A stretch of DNA of 64,000 bases from Planctomycetota bacterium. Its GTDB lineage: Bacteria; Planctomycetota; UBA1135; UBA2386. Of the stretch, positions 56,301-64,000 are shown one piece after another. Where the stretch lies: positions 7,424,001 to 7,488,000 of the forward strand of contig OZ245006.1 of NCBI GenBank assembly GCA_965223545.1. The letters are read 5' to 3'. Position numbers and translations under genes: made by a program. The notes beneath the pieces are model-generated. The model ran no database searches, was not told where the DNA came from, and saw only the letters and a program-made list of their open reading frames with translations. Each line of letters starts with the position of its first letter. The stretch's first letter is position 1.

Positions 56301-56549
56301 GTCTTGCGGGATGTGGCCGCAGGCCGGCAGGCCGGGCCGGCGCGGCAGCTCGAAGCGATGGATGGCGGCGAGGAACAGCAGCGCGCGCACGCGCTGGTAC
56401 AGGTTGTCGGTCTGCCGCCAGAAGCGGTCCAGCTGCGCCGCCTCGCGCAGCAGGTCGGGCGCGCCGTGCTGCTCGACAGCGGTGGCCAGCGGGGTGTGGC
56501 GGACGCTGTCGTCGGCGGCGCACAGGATGTCGATCAACGAGGCGGGCAT
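53391..56549 (-). CDS. GHMP-kinase-like / UTP-sugar-1-phosphate uridylyltransferase fusion protein
   Basis: N-half: VRLDL, IPKGSRLAVS, GGWQD, LGGMSGGG. C-half: LAAGVGSRW, HPVGHW, HNIDTVGA, QFEKLWGD. Confidence 0.82.
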   Translation of the reverse strand: MPASLIDILCAADDSVRHTPLATAVEQHGAPDLLREAAQLDRFWRQTDNLYQRVRALLFLAAIHRFELPRRPGLPACGHIPQDGFAALLERRFTEAIDALLAAAERQGPNEAVSSALAAAYRGHAFQTLADQVRRSVRLAEGNAWMFEIHDAEAQPLRAAAELAPRADAPGPWLTEHTAVRLDLSHSAWSDIFFLGMDYPEGARVLNLSIDLAVRGRDTAPRPPIAASVRILPRPVLRLASDDLGADTEIHALAGVFDFARDHLGLLRAAVISAGVVPPSLEGSGADLGALLGAICGPGNGLEVRSHVRGIPKGSRLAVSTNLLASLIAVLMRATQQTASLTGGLTEAERRVVAARAILGEWLGGSGGGWQDSGGIWPGAKRISGVLAGAGDPEDGISRGRLLPAHTLLDDSLAPGALDAVRRSLVLIHGGLAQNVGPVLEMVTEKYLLRSAYEWRCRQRAVALFDDIHRHLANGAVRPLAAATTDNFDGPIRGIIPAADNLYTARLRAAVQERFGDDFWGFCMLGGMSGGGMGLWFAPAARARALDALPSLLQTEKDRLVSAMPFAMDPVVYDFALSDTGTVARLEAPEAAAEARTAPPPAEAAPRSLDAQLTAAGFDLALHEQVRAALRSGAIGLRQNRLPPDTTIEDVGHADVLDGTEPQPAEVLERGSEALAQGRVAVVTLAAGVGSRWSGGSGVVKALHPFAVLGQRHRTFLEVHLAKSRRTTRAFGQPLPHVFTTSRFTHDAIDAHLDAERDYHYPAPLRLSPGRAVGLRMVPMVADLEALWSETAQQRLDEQAQKVRESAQAALADWARAAGEASDYTDNEPHQCLHPVGHWFEVGNLLRNGTLAELLALRPQLDHLLLHNIDTVGATVDPGLLGMHLAAGGALTFEVVPRCVDDRGGGLARVDGRLRLVESLALPRPELELGLRYYNSMTTWIAIDPLLAAFGLDRAALADELRVRRAVRAMAARLPTYVTLKDVVKRWGHAQEDVFTVCQFEKLWGDMTTLDDVDCRYLEVPRFRGQQLKDPAQLDGWLRDGSAAAVESWCEF

Positions 56550-56689
56550 CGGCCGCAGGGATCTTCGAGGCCGGCGGCGGGCATGCAAGGATGTCGCCCC
56601 TGGGGCTCTCGGCCGCCGCCATCACTTCCGGTGGGGCGCACGCGGTCGGGATGCTGCCGCCGCCACCGGCGGTTCGGCATTCTGCCCGG

Positions 56690-56828
56690 CGCCGCAGAAA
56701 ACTCGTTCCGGGGGCTGGACGGCACCCCCCTTCATCCGGCACACTGATGAGTGGAGCGGGCGACTGCGCCCGGTTTCCAAAGGTGTGTGGGGCCGGCGAG
56801 GGTCGAAAGACCCTCGCCAGTCCTTTTT
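56690..56828 (+). ncRNA. Candidate small RNA or attenuator leader (family unknown)
   Basis: Two hairpins plus an intrinsic terminator on the + strand between divergent genes; 5' end is a guess from CATTCT at ~56678. Confidence 0.4.
56795..56828 (+). terminator. Rho-independent terminator
   Basis: GGCGAGGGTC-GAAA-GACCCTCGCC perfect 10-bp stem, then AGTCC and TTTTT. Confidence 0.8.
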
Positions 56829-56966
56829 AACGCCCGCTGTTTTGACGCCCGCGTCGACGTCGATGTTCCGTTGCCCGGGCTCCGGGTGTCCCTCGTCCCC
56901 CCGCACCATGCGCCTCGCCGATCCCCGTGCCGGTTCCGCCGGCGCCGCTTCAACCGGCGGTGGTCG

Positions 56967-58085
56967 ATGGTCGAAGTCCCCCGGGTGGCCGAACCGTTGA
57001 GCCAGGACGTTCTCGCAGCGGCGCGCCGGGTCGCGGCCGGCTTCGCCATCGAGGGGGCGCTGCACGAGCTGCACTCCCACCAGCGCGGCCACATCCACGA
57101 CACCTTCGTGTCGACCTGGCAGCAGCCGGGCGGACCGCGGCGCTACCTGCACCAGCGGCTCAACGGCCACGTTTTCCACGACATCACGGGCTTGATGCAC
57201 AACATCGAGCGCGTCACCACGCACCTCGCGGGTACCGAGAGCGAGGGGCTGCACACCCTCGAGCTGGTGCGGGCGCGCGACGGCCAGAGCCACCTGCGCG
57301 CCGAGGGCGCGGCATGGCGCACCTACCACTACGTCGACGGCACCGAGTCGTTCGACCAGTGCGACAGCCCCGAGCGCGCGTTCGAGGCGGCGCGCGCGTT
57401 CGGCGATTTCCAGGCTCGGCTGTGCGCTCTGCCGCCGACCGAGCTGGTGGAGACGATCCCCGACTTCTTCTCGGCGCCAGCCCGGCTGCAGCAGCTCGAT
57501 GCGGCGGTCGCGCACGACGCGGTCGGGCGCGTCGCCGGCGCACAGCCCGAGCTCGCCTTCGTCGATGCGCGGCGCCGTGGCGTCGGCCGCATCGAGGCGA
57601 TGCTCGACGATGGCACGATGCCGCGGCGGATCGTGCACGGCGACACCAAGCTCAACAACGTGCTGTTCGACGTGCGCAGCGGCCGCGCGTTGTGCATCGT
57701 CGACCTCGACACCTGCATGCCGGCTTACTCGCTCTACGACTTCGGCGATCTGGTGCGCTTCACCGCGGCGACCAGCGCCGAGGACGCCGTCGACCTGGCG
57801 GACGCGGGCGTCGACCTGGAGCTCTACCGCGCGCTGGTCGACGGCTACCTGCAGACCGCCGCCTGCTTTCTGACGCCGGAAGAAGTGCGGCTGATGCCGT
57901 TTGCCGCGCGATTGGTCACGCTGACGATCGGTCTGCGCTTTCTCGCCGACCACCTCGCGGGCGACGTCTACTTCAAAGTGGCGCGCGAAGGCCACAACCT
58001 CGACCGCGCCCGCGTGCAGCTGCGCATGGTGGAGCAGATGGAGCGGCGCGAGGGCGACATGGTGGCCGCGGTCCGCGCGCGCTGA
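56967..58085 (+). CDS. APH-family phosphotransferase (NahK/N-acetylhexosamine 1-kinase-like)
   Basis: GHIHDTF, LHQRLNGHVF, HGDTKLNNVLF, VDLDTCMP, YDFGD, GLRFLADHLAGDVYFK. Confidence 0.88.
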   Translation: MVEVPRVAEPLSQDVLAAARRVAAGFAIEGALHELHSHQRGHIHDTFVSTWQQPGGPRRYLHQRLNGHVFHDITGLMHNIERVTTHLAGTESEGLHTLELVRARDGQSHLRAEGAAWRTYHYVDGTESFDQCDSPERAFEAARAFGDFQARLCALPPTELVETIPDFFSAPARLQQLDAAVAHDAVGRVAGAQPELAFVDARRRGVGRIEAMLDDGTMPRRIVHGDTKLNNVLFDVRSGRALCIVDLDTCMPAYSLYDFGDLVRFTAATSAEDAVDLADAGVDLELYRALVDGYLQTAACFLTPEEVRLMPFAARLVTLTIGLRFLADHLAGDVYFKVAREGHNLDRARVQLRMVEQMERREGDMVAAVRAR

Positions 58086-58109
58086 ACAGCGTCGGGCGGG
58101 GCGCCGGAG

Positions 58110-59018
58110 TCAGTGTCCCTGTAGAAACCGCCGGATTGCGGTCGCAGACACCGTTGGCTGCTCGGTGCAGAGCTGGTGCGTGGCATTGGGGACAACGATG
58201 CGCTCGACCTGCCGCAGGCTGCGTTCGAGTTCCGGATCGACGAGCTGCGCGATGGGATAGGTGTCGGCTCCGCTGAGCAGCAGCACCGGTAGCTCGAGCG
58301 CCGCCAGCTGCGAGCGGAGCACCGGCGGAAAGGCGTCCCTGGAGAGCAGGAGCGCACGCCACTCCGGGAAGTTCGCGCGCAGCTGCTGCTGGGCCGCGGG
58401 CGGCAATGTGTCGAGGCCGCCGGGGCCGGCGAAGAAGTCCATCGTGATGCGCAGGGCCTCGTCGTCGTCACCGGCGGCTGCCGCCGCTGCGGCCGGGGCC
58501 CAGGTTCCACTGTGGAACGCCGCGAACACCTCGTCGCCGCCGGGCAGATCGGGGAGCCAGCGCAGCAGCGGTGGTTCGACGAGGATCAGGCTGCGCACGC
58601 GTTCGGGGTGACGCACCGCGAGTAGGAGGGCGGTGTAGGCACCGTAGGATGCACCGGCGACGTGGGCGGAGCCGAGTCCCAACGCGTCGATCAAGGCGGC
58701 GAGGTCGTCTGCTTCGATTGCGGCGGAGTGGCCGTGGCCCCGCGCGCTGTCGGTGTTCTCGTTGGGGTGGTTGTAGCGACGGCTGTAGCGGACGGTGCGG
58801 TAGTCGGCGGCGAGTTGCGCGGCGACGGGTTCCCACTCCCGCAGATCGGCAAGGCTGCCGTGTACGAAGACGAGCGGCTCCCCCTCACCTCCCGAATCGA
58901 CGTAGTGGATCTCGACGCCGCGGACGGTCGCGCTGCGGAGGTCGGTCTTGACGGCTGTGGTCACGCCGCAGCCGACGATCACGAGCGCGGCGACGGACGT
59001 GGCGATGCGGATCGACAT
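58110..59018 (-). CDS. Alpha/beta hydrolase
   Basis: VFVHGS, GASYG nucleophile elbow, SGAD, C-terminal His; possible lipobox IVGC. Confidence 0.9.
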   Translation of the reverse strand: MSIRIATSVAALVIVGCGVTTAVKTDLRSATVRGVEIHYVDSGGEGEPLVFVHGSLADLREWEPVAAQLAADYRTVRYSRRYNHPNENTDSARGHGHSAAIEADDLAALIDALGLGSAHVAGASYGAYTALLLAVRHPERVRSLILVEPPLLRWLPDLPGGDEVFAAFHSGTWAPAAAAAAAGDDDEALRITMDFFAGPGGLDTLPPAAQQQLRANFPEWRALLLSRDAFPPVLRSQLAALELPVLLLSGADTYPIAQLVDPELERSLRQVERIVVPNATHQLCTEQPTVSATAIRRFLQGH

Positions 59019-59103
59019 GGCGTTTGGGGTCAGTCTCCGGCGGCATCGATGCCGATTCAACCGACGCCCTCAGGGGGGGCTGCGGTGCGTTATCATCGGG
59101 CCT

Positions 59104-61638
59104 ATGGCTACGAGAAGGAGTCGTCTCTCTCTGTCCGGTGGCCTCGCGGTAGTCGCCCTCTGGGCGTCGCTCCCCGCGCAGGCCCCGTACGCTGAGCTCA
59201 CCACCCGCGCGATCCCCTCGGGTCCGCCGACCGCCGGCCCCGGCGCGATGGCGGACGTCGACGGCGATGGCGATCCGGACCTGCTGATCCCGTCCGCCAG
59301 TGGCCAGGATCGGCTGTTCCTCAACGACGGGGACGGGGTCTTCCGCGACGTGACGAGTACCAACCTGCCGGCGGACGTGCGCTGGACCCACAGCGTCACC
59401 TTCGCCGACGTCGACGGTGACGGCGACGCCGATCTGGTGAAGGCCGGCAACTCCGGCTTCACCACGCTCGGCGAGCAGAACCAGCTGCTGCTCAACAACG
59501 GCGCTGGCGTGTTCGCCGACGTCACCGCGACCCACATGCCGGTCGACCAGGACAAGACCACCGAGATCGCGGCGCTCGACGCCGACGGCGACGGCTTCGC
59601 GGACCTGATCTGTGCCAACGCGGACTTCGGCGGAGCCAGCGTGGCGCAAAACCGCTTGTACTTGAACGATGGCACTGGCCGGTTCACGGACGCTACCGCG
59701 ACGCATCTTCCCGCGTTGCCCGGCAAGAGCGTCGCCGTCGAGGTCGCCGATCTCGACGGAGACGGCGACGATGACTTCGTCACCGGGATGTTCCTCGGTC
59801 AGGAGTCGTTTCGGGTGCACCTCAACGACGGCACCGGGCGCTTCGTGTTGGCCTCGGGTGTGCTGCCGCCCTTGAGTGGCAGCGCGTGGGGGACCCAGCT
59901 CTTCGATCTCGAAGGCGATGGCGATGTCGACATCGTGGCGCTGGTCGGTCAGCGGTTCAGTGTGCTGGTCAACGACGGGAGCGCGCGGTTCAGCGATCAA
60001 ACCGCCCAGCGCGCGCCGGTCGGCTACGGCGTTCCCCACGCCGCTGGTGACTTCGACGGGGATGGCGATGTCGACTTCCCGCTGGCCCAGGCGAGCGGCA
60101 CGGTGCGGATGCTGGAGAACGACGGCGGTGGCTTCTTCGCGCTGGCCGCGACCATCCCGGCCGCTGGCGAAGTCGCTGCCGACGTCGACGCCGATGGTGA
60201 TGTCGACCTGGTGTTGACGCGCGCGTTCGACGTGCTCTTGAACGACGGTACCGGCAGCTTCTTCGATCGTCCGGCCGCCGAGCGCCGCGCCCCCGACTTC
60301 AACGGGCGTCCGGGGAAGGCCGCGTTCGCCGACGTGGATCGCGACGGCGACCTGGACGTCTTCGTCCCGAGCTCGTTCTCCGGTTCCGATCGCCTGTGGC
60401 TCAACGACGGCCGTGGCGTCTTCACCGACGCGCCGTTGCCCGCCGGCACCGGCAGCTCGGAAGTGGTCGTGTTCGGCGACGTGGATCGCGATGGCGACCA
60501 GGACGCGGTGGTCGGCGTTTCGAGCGGCGGCTCCTCGCGCCTCCTGCTCGGCAACGGTGCTGGCGGTTTCACTGACGCGTCCGCCACGCACCTGCCGATC
60601 GGCGGCGCGCCGACGCTCGACCTGGCGTTGGCCGACGTGGATGCCGACGGCGATCTCGATCTGCTGCAGGGCAACTACTCGGTCTCGAGGTTGTTGCTGA
60701 ACGATGGCGCCGGCCGCTTCGCGCCTGCGCCGACCGCGAGCTTCCCGCAGTCGCTCTTGCGCACGCGTGGAGTCGCGGTCGCCGACGTCGACGGCGACGG
60801 CGATGCCGACGCGATCCTCGCCAACTATGGCAATCCGGCGGCGCTCTATCTCAACAACGGCGTTGGCGCGTTCCGCGACGTGTCGGCGACCCGGATGCCG
60901 AGCAACCCCATCCTGGCGTTCGATGTCGCTGCCGGTGACTACGACGGTGATGGCGACGTCGACCTCGCGTTCGTCGGCTTCGGTGACGCGCAGCTGTTCC
61001 TCAACGACGGCAGCGGCGCGTTCGTCGACGCGAGTGCCGGTCGGCTTCCCGTGGCGGTGACCGGCGAGCACCTGCACGCCTTCGACCGCGATGGCGACGG
61101 CGATCTCGATCTCGTCGCGGGCGGGCTGAACGGCACCCACGTTCTCGACAACGACGGACAGGGTCGGTTCATCGACTTGCTGACGTTCGCGTCCCGGTCG
61201 TTCCCGGTGGCAGCCGGCGATGTCGATGCCGATGGGGACGCCGACCTGATCCTGATCGCCCAGAGCGGCCCCTCGGGGGTGGCCACCAATCAGCGCCGTC
61301 AGCTGCACTTCGCGCGCCTCGTGCGCCCCGGCCGCAACGCGCGGATCGACGTGCACACGGTCGGGCGTCCGATGGGCAACGACTTCGCTGTCCCGGCGCT
61401 GTCGCCGCGCGCTGGCCGCGTGCCGCTCGCCGGCATCGGTGTGTTCGGCCTGGAGCCCGCGACGATGTTGTTGGCACCGCCGATCCCCCTGCTGCCGACT
61501 GCAGCGGTGGGCTCGCTGGTGCTGCCGGTGCCCAACAACTCGGCGCTGGTGGGAGCCGACGTCTTTGCGCAGGCACTATTGGTGGAAGGGCTGAGCGCGC
61601 AGCTGACCAACACGCAGCGCGAGCAGGTGATTCAGTAG
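59104..61638 (+). CDS. FG-GAP/VCBS-repeat secreted protein with C-terminal domain
   Basis: Signal peptide; many DVDGDGDxDL...LLNDGxGxF repeats; ends PVPNNSALVGADVFAQ...LTN. Confidence 0.92.
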   Translation: MATRRSRLSLSGGLAVVALWASLPAQAPYAELTTRAIPSGPPTAGPGAMADVDGDGDPDLLIPSASGQDRLFLNDGDGVFRDVTSTNLPADVRWTHSVTFADVDGDGDADLVKAGNSGFTTLGEQNQLLLNNGAGVFADVTATHMPVDQDKTTEIAALDADGDGFADLICANADFGGASVAQNRLYLNDGTGRFTDATATHLPALPGKSVAVEVADLDGDGDDDFVTGMFLGQESFRVHLNDGTGRFVLASGVLPPLSGSAWGTQLFDLEGDGDVDIVALVGQRFSVLVNDGSARFSDQTAQRAPVGYGVPHAAGDFDGDGDVDFPLAQASGTVRMLENDGGGFFALAATIPAAGEVAADVDADGDVDLVLTRAFDVLLNDGTGSFFDRPAAERRAPDFNGRPGKAAFADVDRDGDLDVFVPSSFSGSDRLWLNDGRGVFTDAPLPAGTGSSEVVVFGDVDRDGDQDAVVGVSSGGSSRLLLGNGAGGFTDASATHLPIGGAPTLDLALADVDADGDLDLLQGNYSVSRLLLNDGAGRFAPAPTASFPQSLLRTRGVAVADVDGDGDADAILANYGNPAALYLNNGVGAFRDVSATRMPSNPILAFDVAAGDYDGDGDVDLAFVGFGDAQLFLNDGSGAFVDASAGRLPVAVTGEHLHAFDRDGDGDLDLVAGGLNGTHVLDNDGQGRFIDLLTFASRSFPVAAGDVDADGDADLILIAQSGPSGVATNQRRQLHFARLVRPGRNARIDVHTVGRPMGNDFAVPALSPRAGRVPLAGIGVFGLEPATMLLAPPIPLLPTAAVGSLVLPVPNNSALVGADVFAQALLVEGLSAQLTNTQREQVIQ

Positions 61639-61821
61639 CCGGCGTCCGGGGTGGAGTTCGCCGACGCGCGCCGCGCCCTAGTGGGTGTGAATCGGAAATC
61701 TGCGGCATTCTCCGAGGCCATGGGCTTCCATCGGTCCACGAACGGCCATCGCGGGGAGGCGGCCGCCCGACTCGCTTCGGAGGCGGCGTAACGCGCGCAG
61801 TGGAGTTTCGACTACAGGCTC

Positions 61822-64000
61822 ATGCAAGCACTCGACATGTGGCCGGTGCGCCGGCCGATTCTCGGCGTGGCCGGTGTTGCGCTGCTGTCCGGCCTCGCCG
61901 CCGCCCAGCACGCGATTGCGCGGAACCACGCCGTGGCCGCCGCGCTGTGCCAGGGAGCGGGCGTCGCGCAGCTGAGCGACGGCTTGTGGGCGACCGGGTC
62001 GGCGTACAAGGCGCGCTTCAGTGCCGCCGGCGTGTCGTTCGTTCCCGCGCTCGGCGCCCGCGCCACCGTCAGTCGGCCGCTGCACTATGCGGCCCACGTG
62101 GTGGGGCGGGGCGACGGCACGGGGACCGAGCTCGCCGCTGCCGTGCCCCGGCACGAAGAGCTCGTCGTGCGCTACCAGCGCGGCGCCTGCACCGAGGTCT
62201 ACGAGGTGCGTGCCGAGGGCCTGAAGCAGAGCTTCGTGCTGCACGAGTTGCCGGCCGGCGAAGGCGACCTGTGGGTGCGCGGCGCTCTCGCAACCGACTT
62301 GGTCGTCGATGGCGACGGCGGGCGCACCCCCGCACTCGACCTGCGCGATCGCGTGCTCGGTTCCGTGGTCACCATCGATGGAGTGGTCGGCATCGACGCG
62401 CGGGGCGCGCGCACCGCCGGCTGGTTGCGCTACGACGACGGAGTGCTAGAGGTCGGCTTGCCGGCTTCCTTCGTGGACCGGGCGCAGCTACCGCTGGTGA
62501 TCGATCCGCTGATCGGCACGTCGGTGGCGCTACCGCCGGGGTCCGGGGCCAACGAGAGACCGAGCATCGCCTGGGACCGTGGCAGCGACGTCTACCTGGT
62601 CGTGTGGCAGCGGACGTTCTCGTTCTCCGATAGCGACGTGGTCGGGCAACGGGTGGCGGGCGACGGCACGCTGCTCGGCAGCCAGCTCTTCGTGCGCAAG
62701 TCGACGGTCACCAGCGCGCGACCTGCGGTGGCAAGCGTCGCGAGTCGAGGTGCGTTCGTCGTCGCCTACAGCGAGCCTGTGCCGGGCGTCGGCCGGGAGG
62801 TCTACGCGCGGGTGGTCGATGCCGCCACCGGTCGCATGCGCGACCCGGTGCAGCTGTCGTTCCCGACGCGCTGGGCGCCGTTCGGCTGGAACGACAACGT
62901 CGACGTCGGCGGCGACGTCTCGGTCGGCGGCGATCGATTGCTGTTCATGCTGGAGGCGGTTGGTGGCGACGAGGTGGCTCAGTTCACGCCGTTCGCGCTG
63001 CCGGCGACATTGGACGCGAACCAGGACCTGACGCTCGGTGCGCCGCGCTACATCGGCACCACCCAGGCGGCGTTCCCCAACACTCCGCAGGCGCGCTCGC
63101 GCATCGCGCGGGACCGCAACGGCAACGGTTGGCTGCTGGTCTGGCAGCTGCGGGGCGGGGTCGTCGAGCTCGTCCTGCTCGATCCCGATGCCACCGTGAT
63201 CAGCCAGAGGTCTACCGTCGTGCGGGGTGCGCGGCCCGGTTACGCCGTGGCCAGCGACGGCGAGGGCTGGAGCTTTGCGTTTCGCGTGACCGGTGTCGTG
63301 CGTGGGGACACCGACGTGGCGTGTGCCCGCGTCGAGTGGCGCGGTGGTGCGCTCGTCGCCGGGCCGAGCGTCCTCGTGGCCAACGACCCGGCGCGGCGCG
63401 AGGCGGTGGGCGAGCTTGCTTTCCTCGGTGATTCGCAGGCGTTGACCTACTTGCAAGAGGAGGTCTTCCGTGGCCCCTGGTCGCTGCGGGTGGCGTCTTT
63501 GGATCCGTTCTCGTGCGGGCCCTGCGATGGCGACTTGCTGGTGACTCCCGGGCTGGAAGCAGCCGCGACGTCGACGGCGATGGTCGCCGGCGGCAACGGC
63601 GAGGCCCTGCTGGCGTGGACCGATCCGACCGCTGCGCCACAGCGGGAGATCCGTGTCCAGCGCTACCGCGCGGACGATGGCGTGGTCGTCGATCTCGGTG
63701 GTGGCTGCGGTGCCGGCGCGCGTGCGTCGGCGGTGTGCGCGGTCGCCGGCAACGCCGGGTTCACGCACCGTCTCGATGGCGCGGTGCCCGGAGCGGGCGC
63801 GCTGCTGCTGCTCGGCGCTGGCACGCTCGGCCTGCCCTGTGGCAGCTGCACGCTGCAACCCGACCCAGCGACCGGTGCCGTCTTGATGGCGCCGGCCGTC
63901 GACCCCAGTGGCCGCACCGCACTCACCACTCCCTTGCCGGCGAGCGCGAGTCTGGTGGGCCAGTCGTTCATCGAGCAGTGGGTGCTGCTCACACCCGGTG
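61822..64000 (+). CDS. Large secreted hypothetical protein (3' end runs off the window)
   Basis: MQALDMWPVRRPILGVAGVALLSGLAAAQ signal; same frame at spot checks (LKQSFVLHELP; ...PLPASASLVGQSFIEQWVLLTPG). Absent from the ORF track because it has no stop in the window. Confidence 0.8.
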   Translation, partial: MQALDMWPVRRPILGVAGVALLSGLAAAQHAIARNHAVAAALCQGAGVAQLSDGLWATGSAYKARFSAAGVSFVPALGARATVSRPLHYAAHVVGRGDGTGTELAAAVPRHEELVVRYQRGACTEVYEVRAEGLKQSFVLHELPAGEGDLWVRGALATDLVVDGDGGRTPALDLRDRVLGSVVTIDGVVGIDARGARTAGWLRYDDGVLEVGLPASFVDRAQLPLVIDPLIGTSVALPPGSGANERPSIAWDRGSDVYLVVWQRTFSFSDSDVVGQRVAGDGTLLGSQLFVRKSTVTSARPAVASVASRGAFVVAYSEPVPGVGREVYARVVDAATGRMRDPVQLSFPTRWAPFGWNDNVDVGGDVSVGGDRLLFMLEAVGGDEVAQFTPFALPATLDANQDLTLGAPRYIGTTQAAFPNTPQARSRIARDRNGNGWLLVWQLRGGVVELVLLDPDATVISQRSTVVRGARPGYAVASDGEGWSFAFRVTGVVRGDTDVACARVEWRGGALVAGPSVLVANDPARREAVGELAFLGDSQALTYLQEEVFRGPWSLRVASLDPFSCGPCDGDLLVTPGLEAAATSTAMVAGGNGEALLAWTDPTAAPQREIRVQRYRADDGVVVDLGGGCGAGARASAVCAVAGNAGFTHRLDGAVPGAGALLLLGAGTLGLPCGSCTLQPDPATGAVLMAPAVDPSGRTALTTPLPASASLVGQSFIEQWVLLTPG

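Noticed and set aside
56744..56810. Hammerhead ribozyme (CTGATGA...GAAA)
   Set aside because: The stem after CTGATGA is not closed by CGAAA; the only GAAA is the terminator tetraloop. The same objection applies to CTGACGA at ~31484.
59251..61260. CRISPR-like periodic repeats (GACGTCGACGGCGA...)
   Set aside because: Degenerate in-frame coding repeats for FG-GAP DxDGDG motifs; no fixed repeat/spacer pattern and no cas genes.

Overview
Very GC-rich bacterial DNA. The gene content (ECF sigma/Ser-Thr kinase pair, several PQQ-type beta-propellers, FG-GAP secreted proteins) suggests Planctomycetota; this is inference. Left to right: a partial FG-GAP protein, divergent from an ECF sigma factor + TPR Ser/Thr kinase; a TonB-dependent receptor + SGNH-like gene; an ~18.5 kb, mostly translationally coupled cluster (three PQQ-like propellers, DUF3311 + Na+/solute symporter, an EhpF/GriC-like adenylating enzyme, a GriD-like ALDH-fold protein, Fe-ADH, PPIase, GT4, membrane protein, LolD/FtsX-type ABC transporter); trmB-Rieske-YciI; an IS1-like element with 20-bp inverted repeats; a KamA-family radical SAM gene and an MBL hydrolase. 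Next is an exopolysaccharide locus (chain-length determinant, GT4s, nucleotidyltransferase, two wza-like genes, deacetylase, sulfotransferase, GHMP-kinase/UDP-sugar pyrophosphorylase fusion, NahK-like kinase). It is interrupted by a lower-GC array of four Kelch-like propeller paralogues with variable loops and a near-identical C-terminal domain. One copy is truncated, one is split by an ISKra4-family element (8-bp TSD) and frameshifted, and a duplicated GT4 3' end lies between copies 3 and 4. The window ends with a hydrolase and two secreted proteins carrying a related C-terminal domain. The best candidates for undescribed biology are the variable/constant Kelch array, the orphan carboxylate-reduction cluster, a shared putative C-terminal sorting domain, and a terminator-bounded structured RNA at ~56.7-56.83 kb. 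No rRNA, tRNA or CRISPR array was seen. All calls are from reading motifs by eye; no database searches were run.
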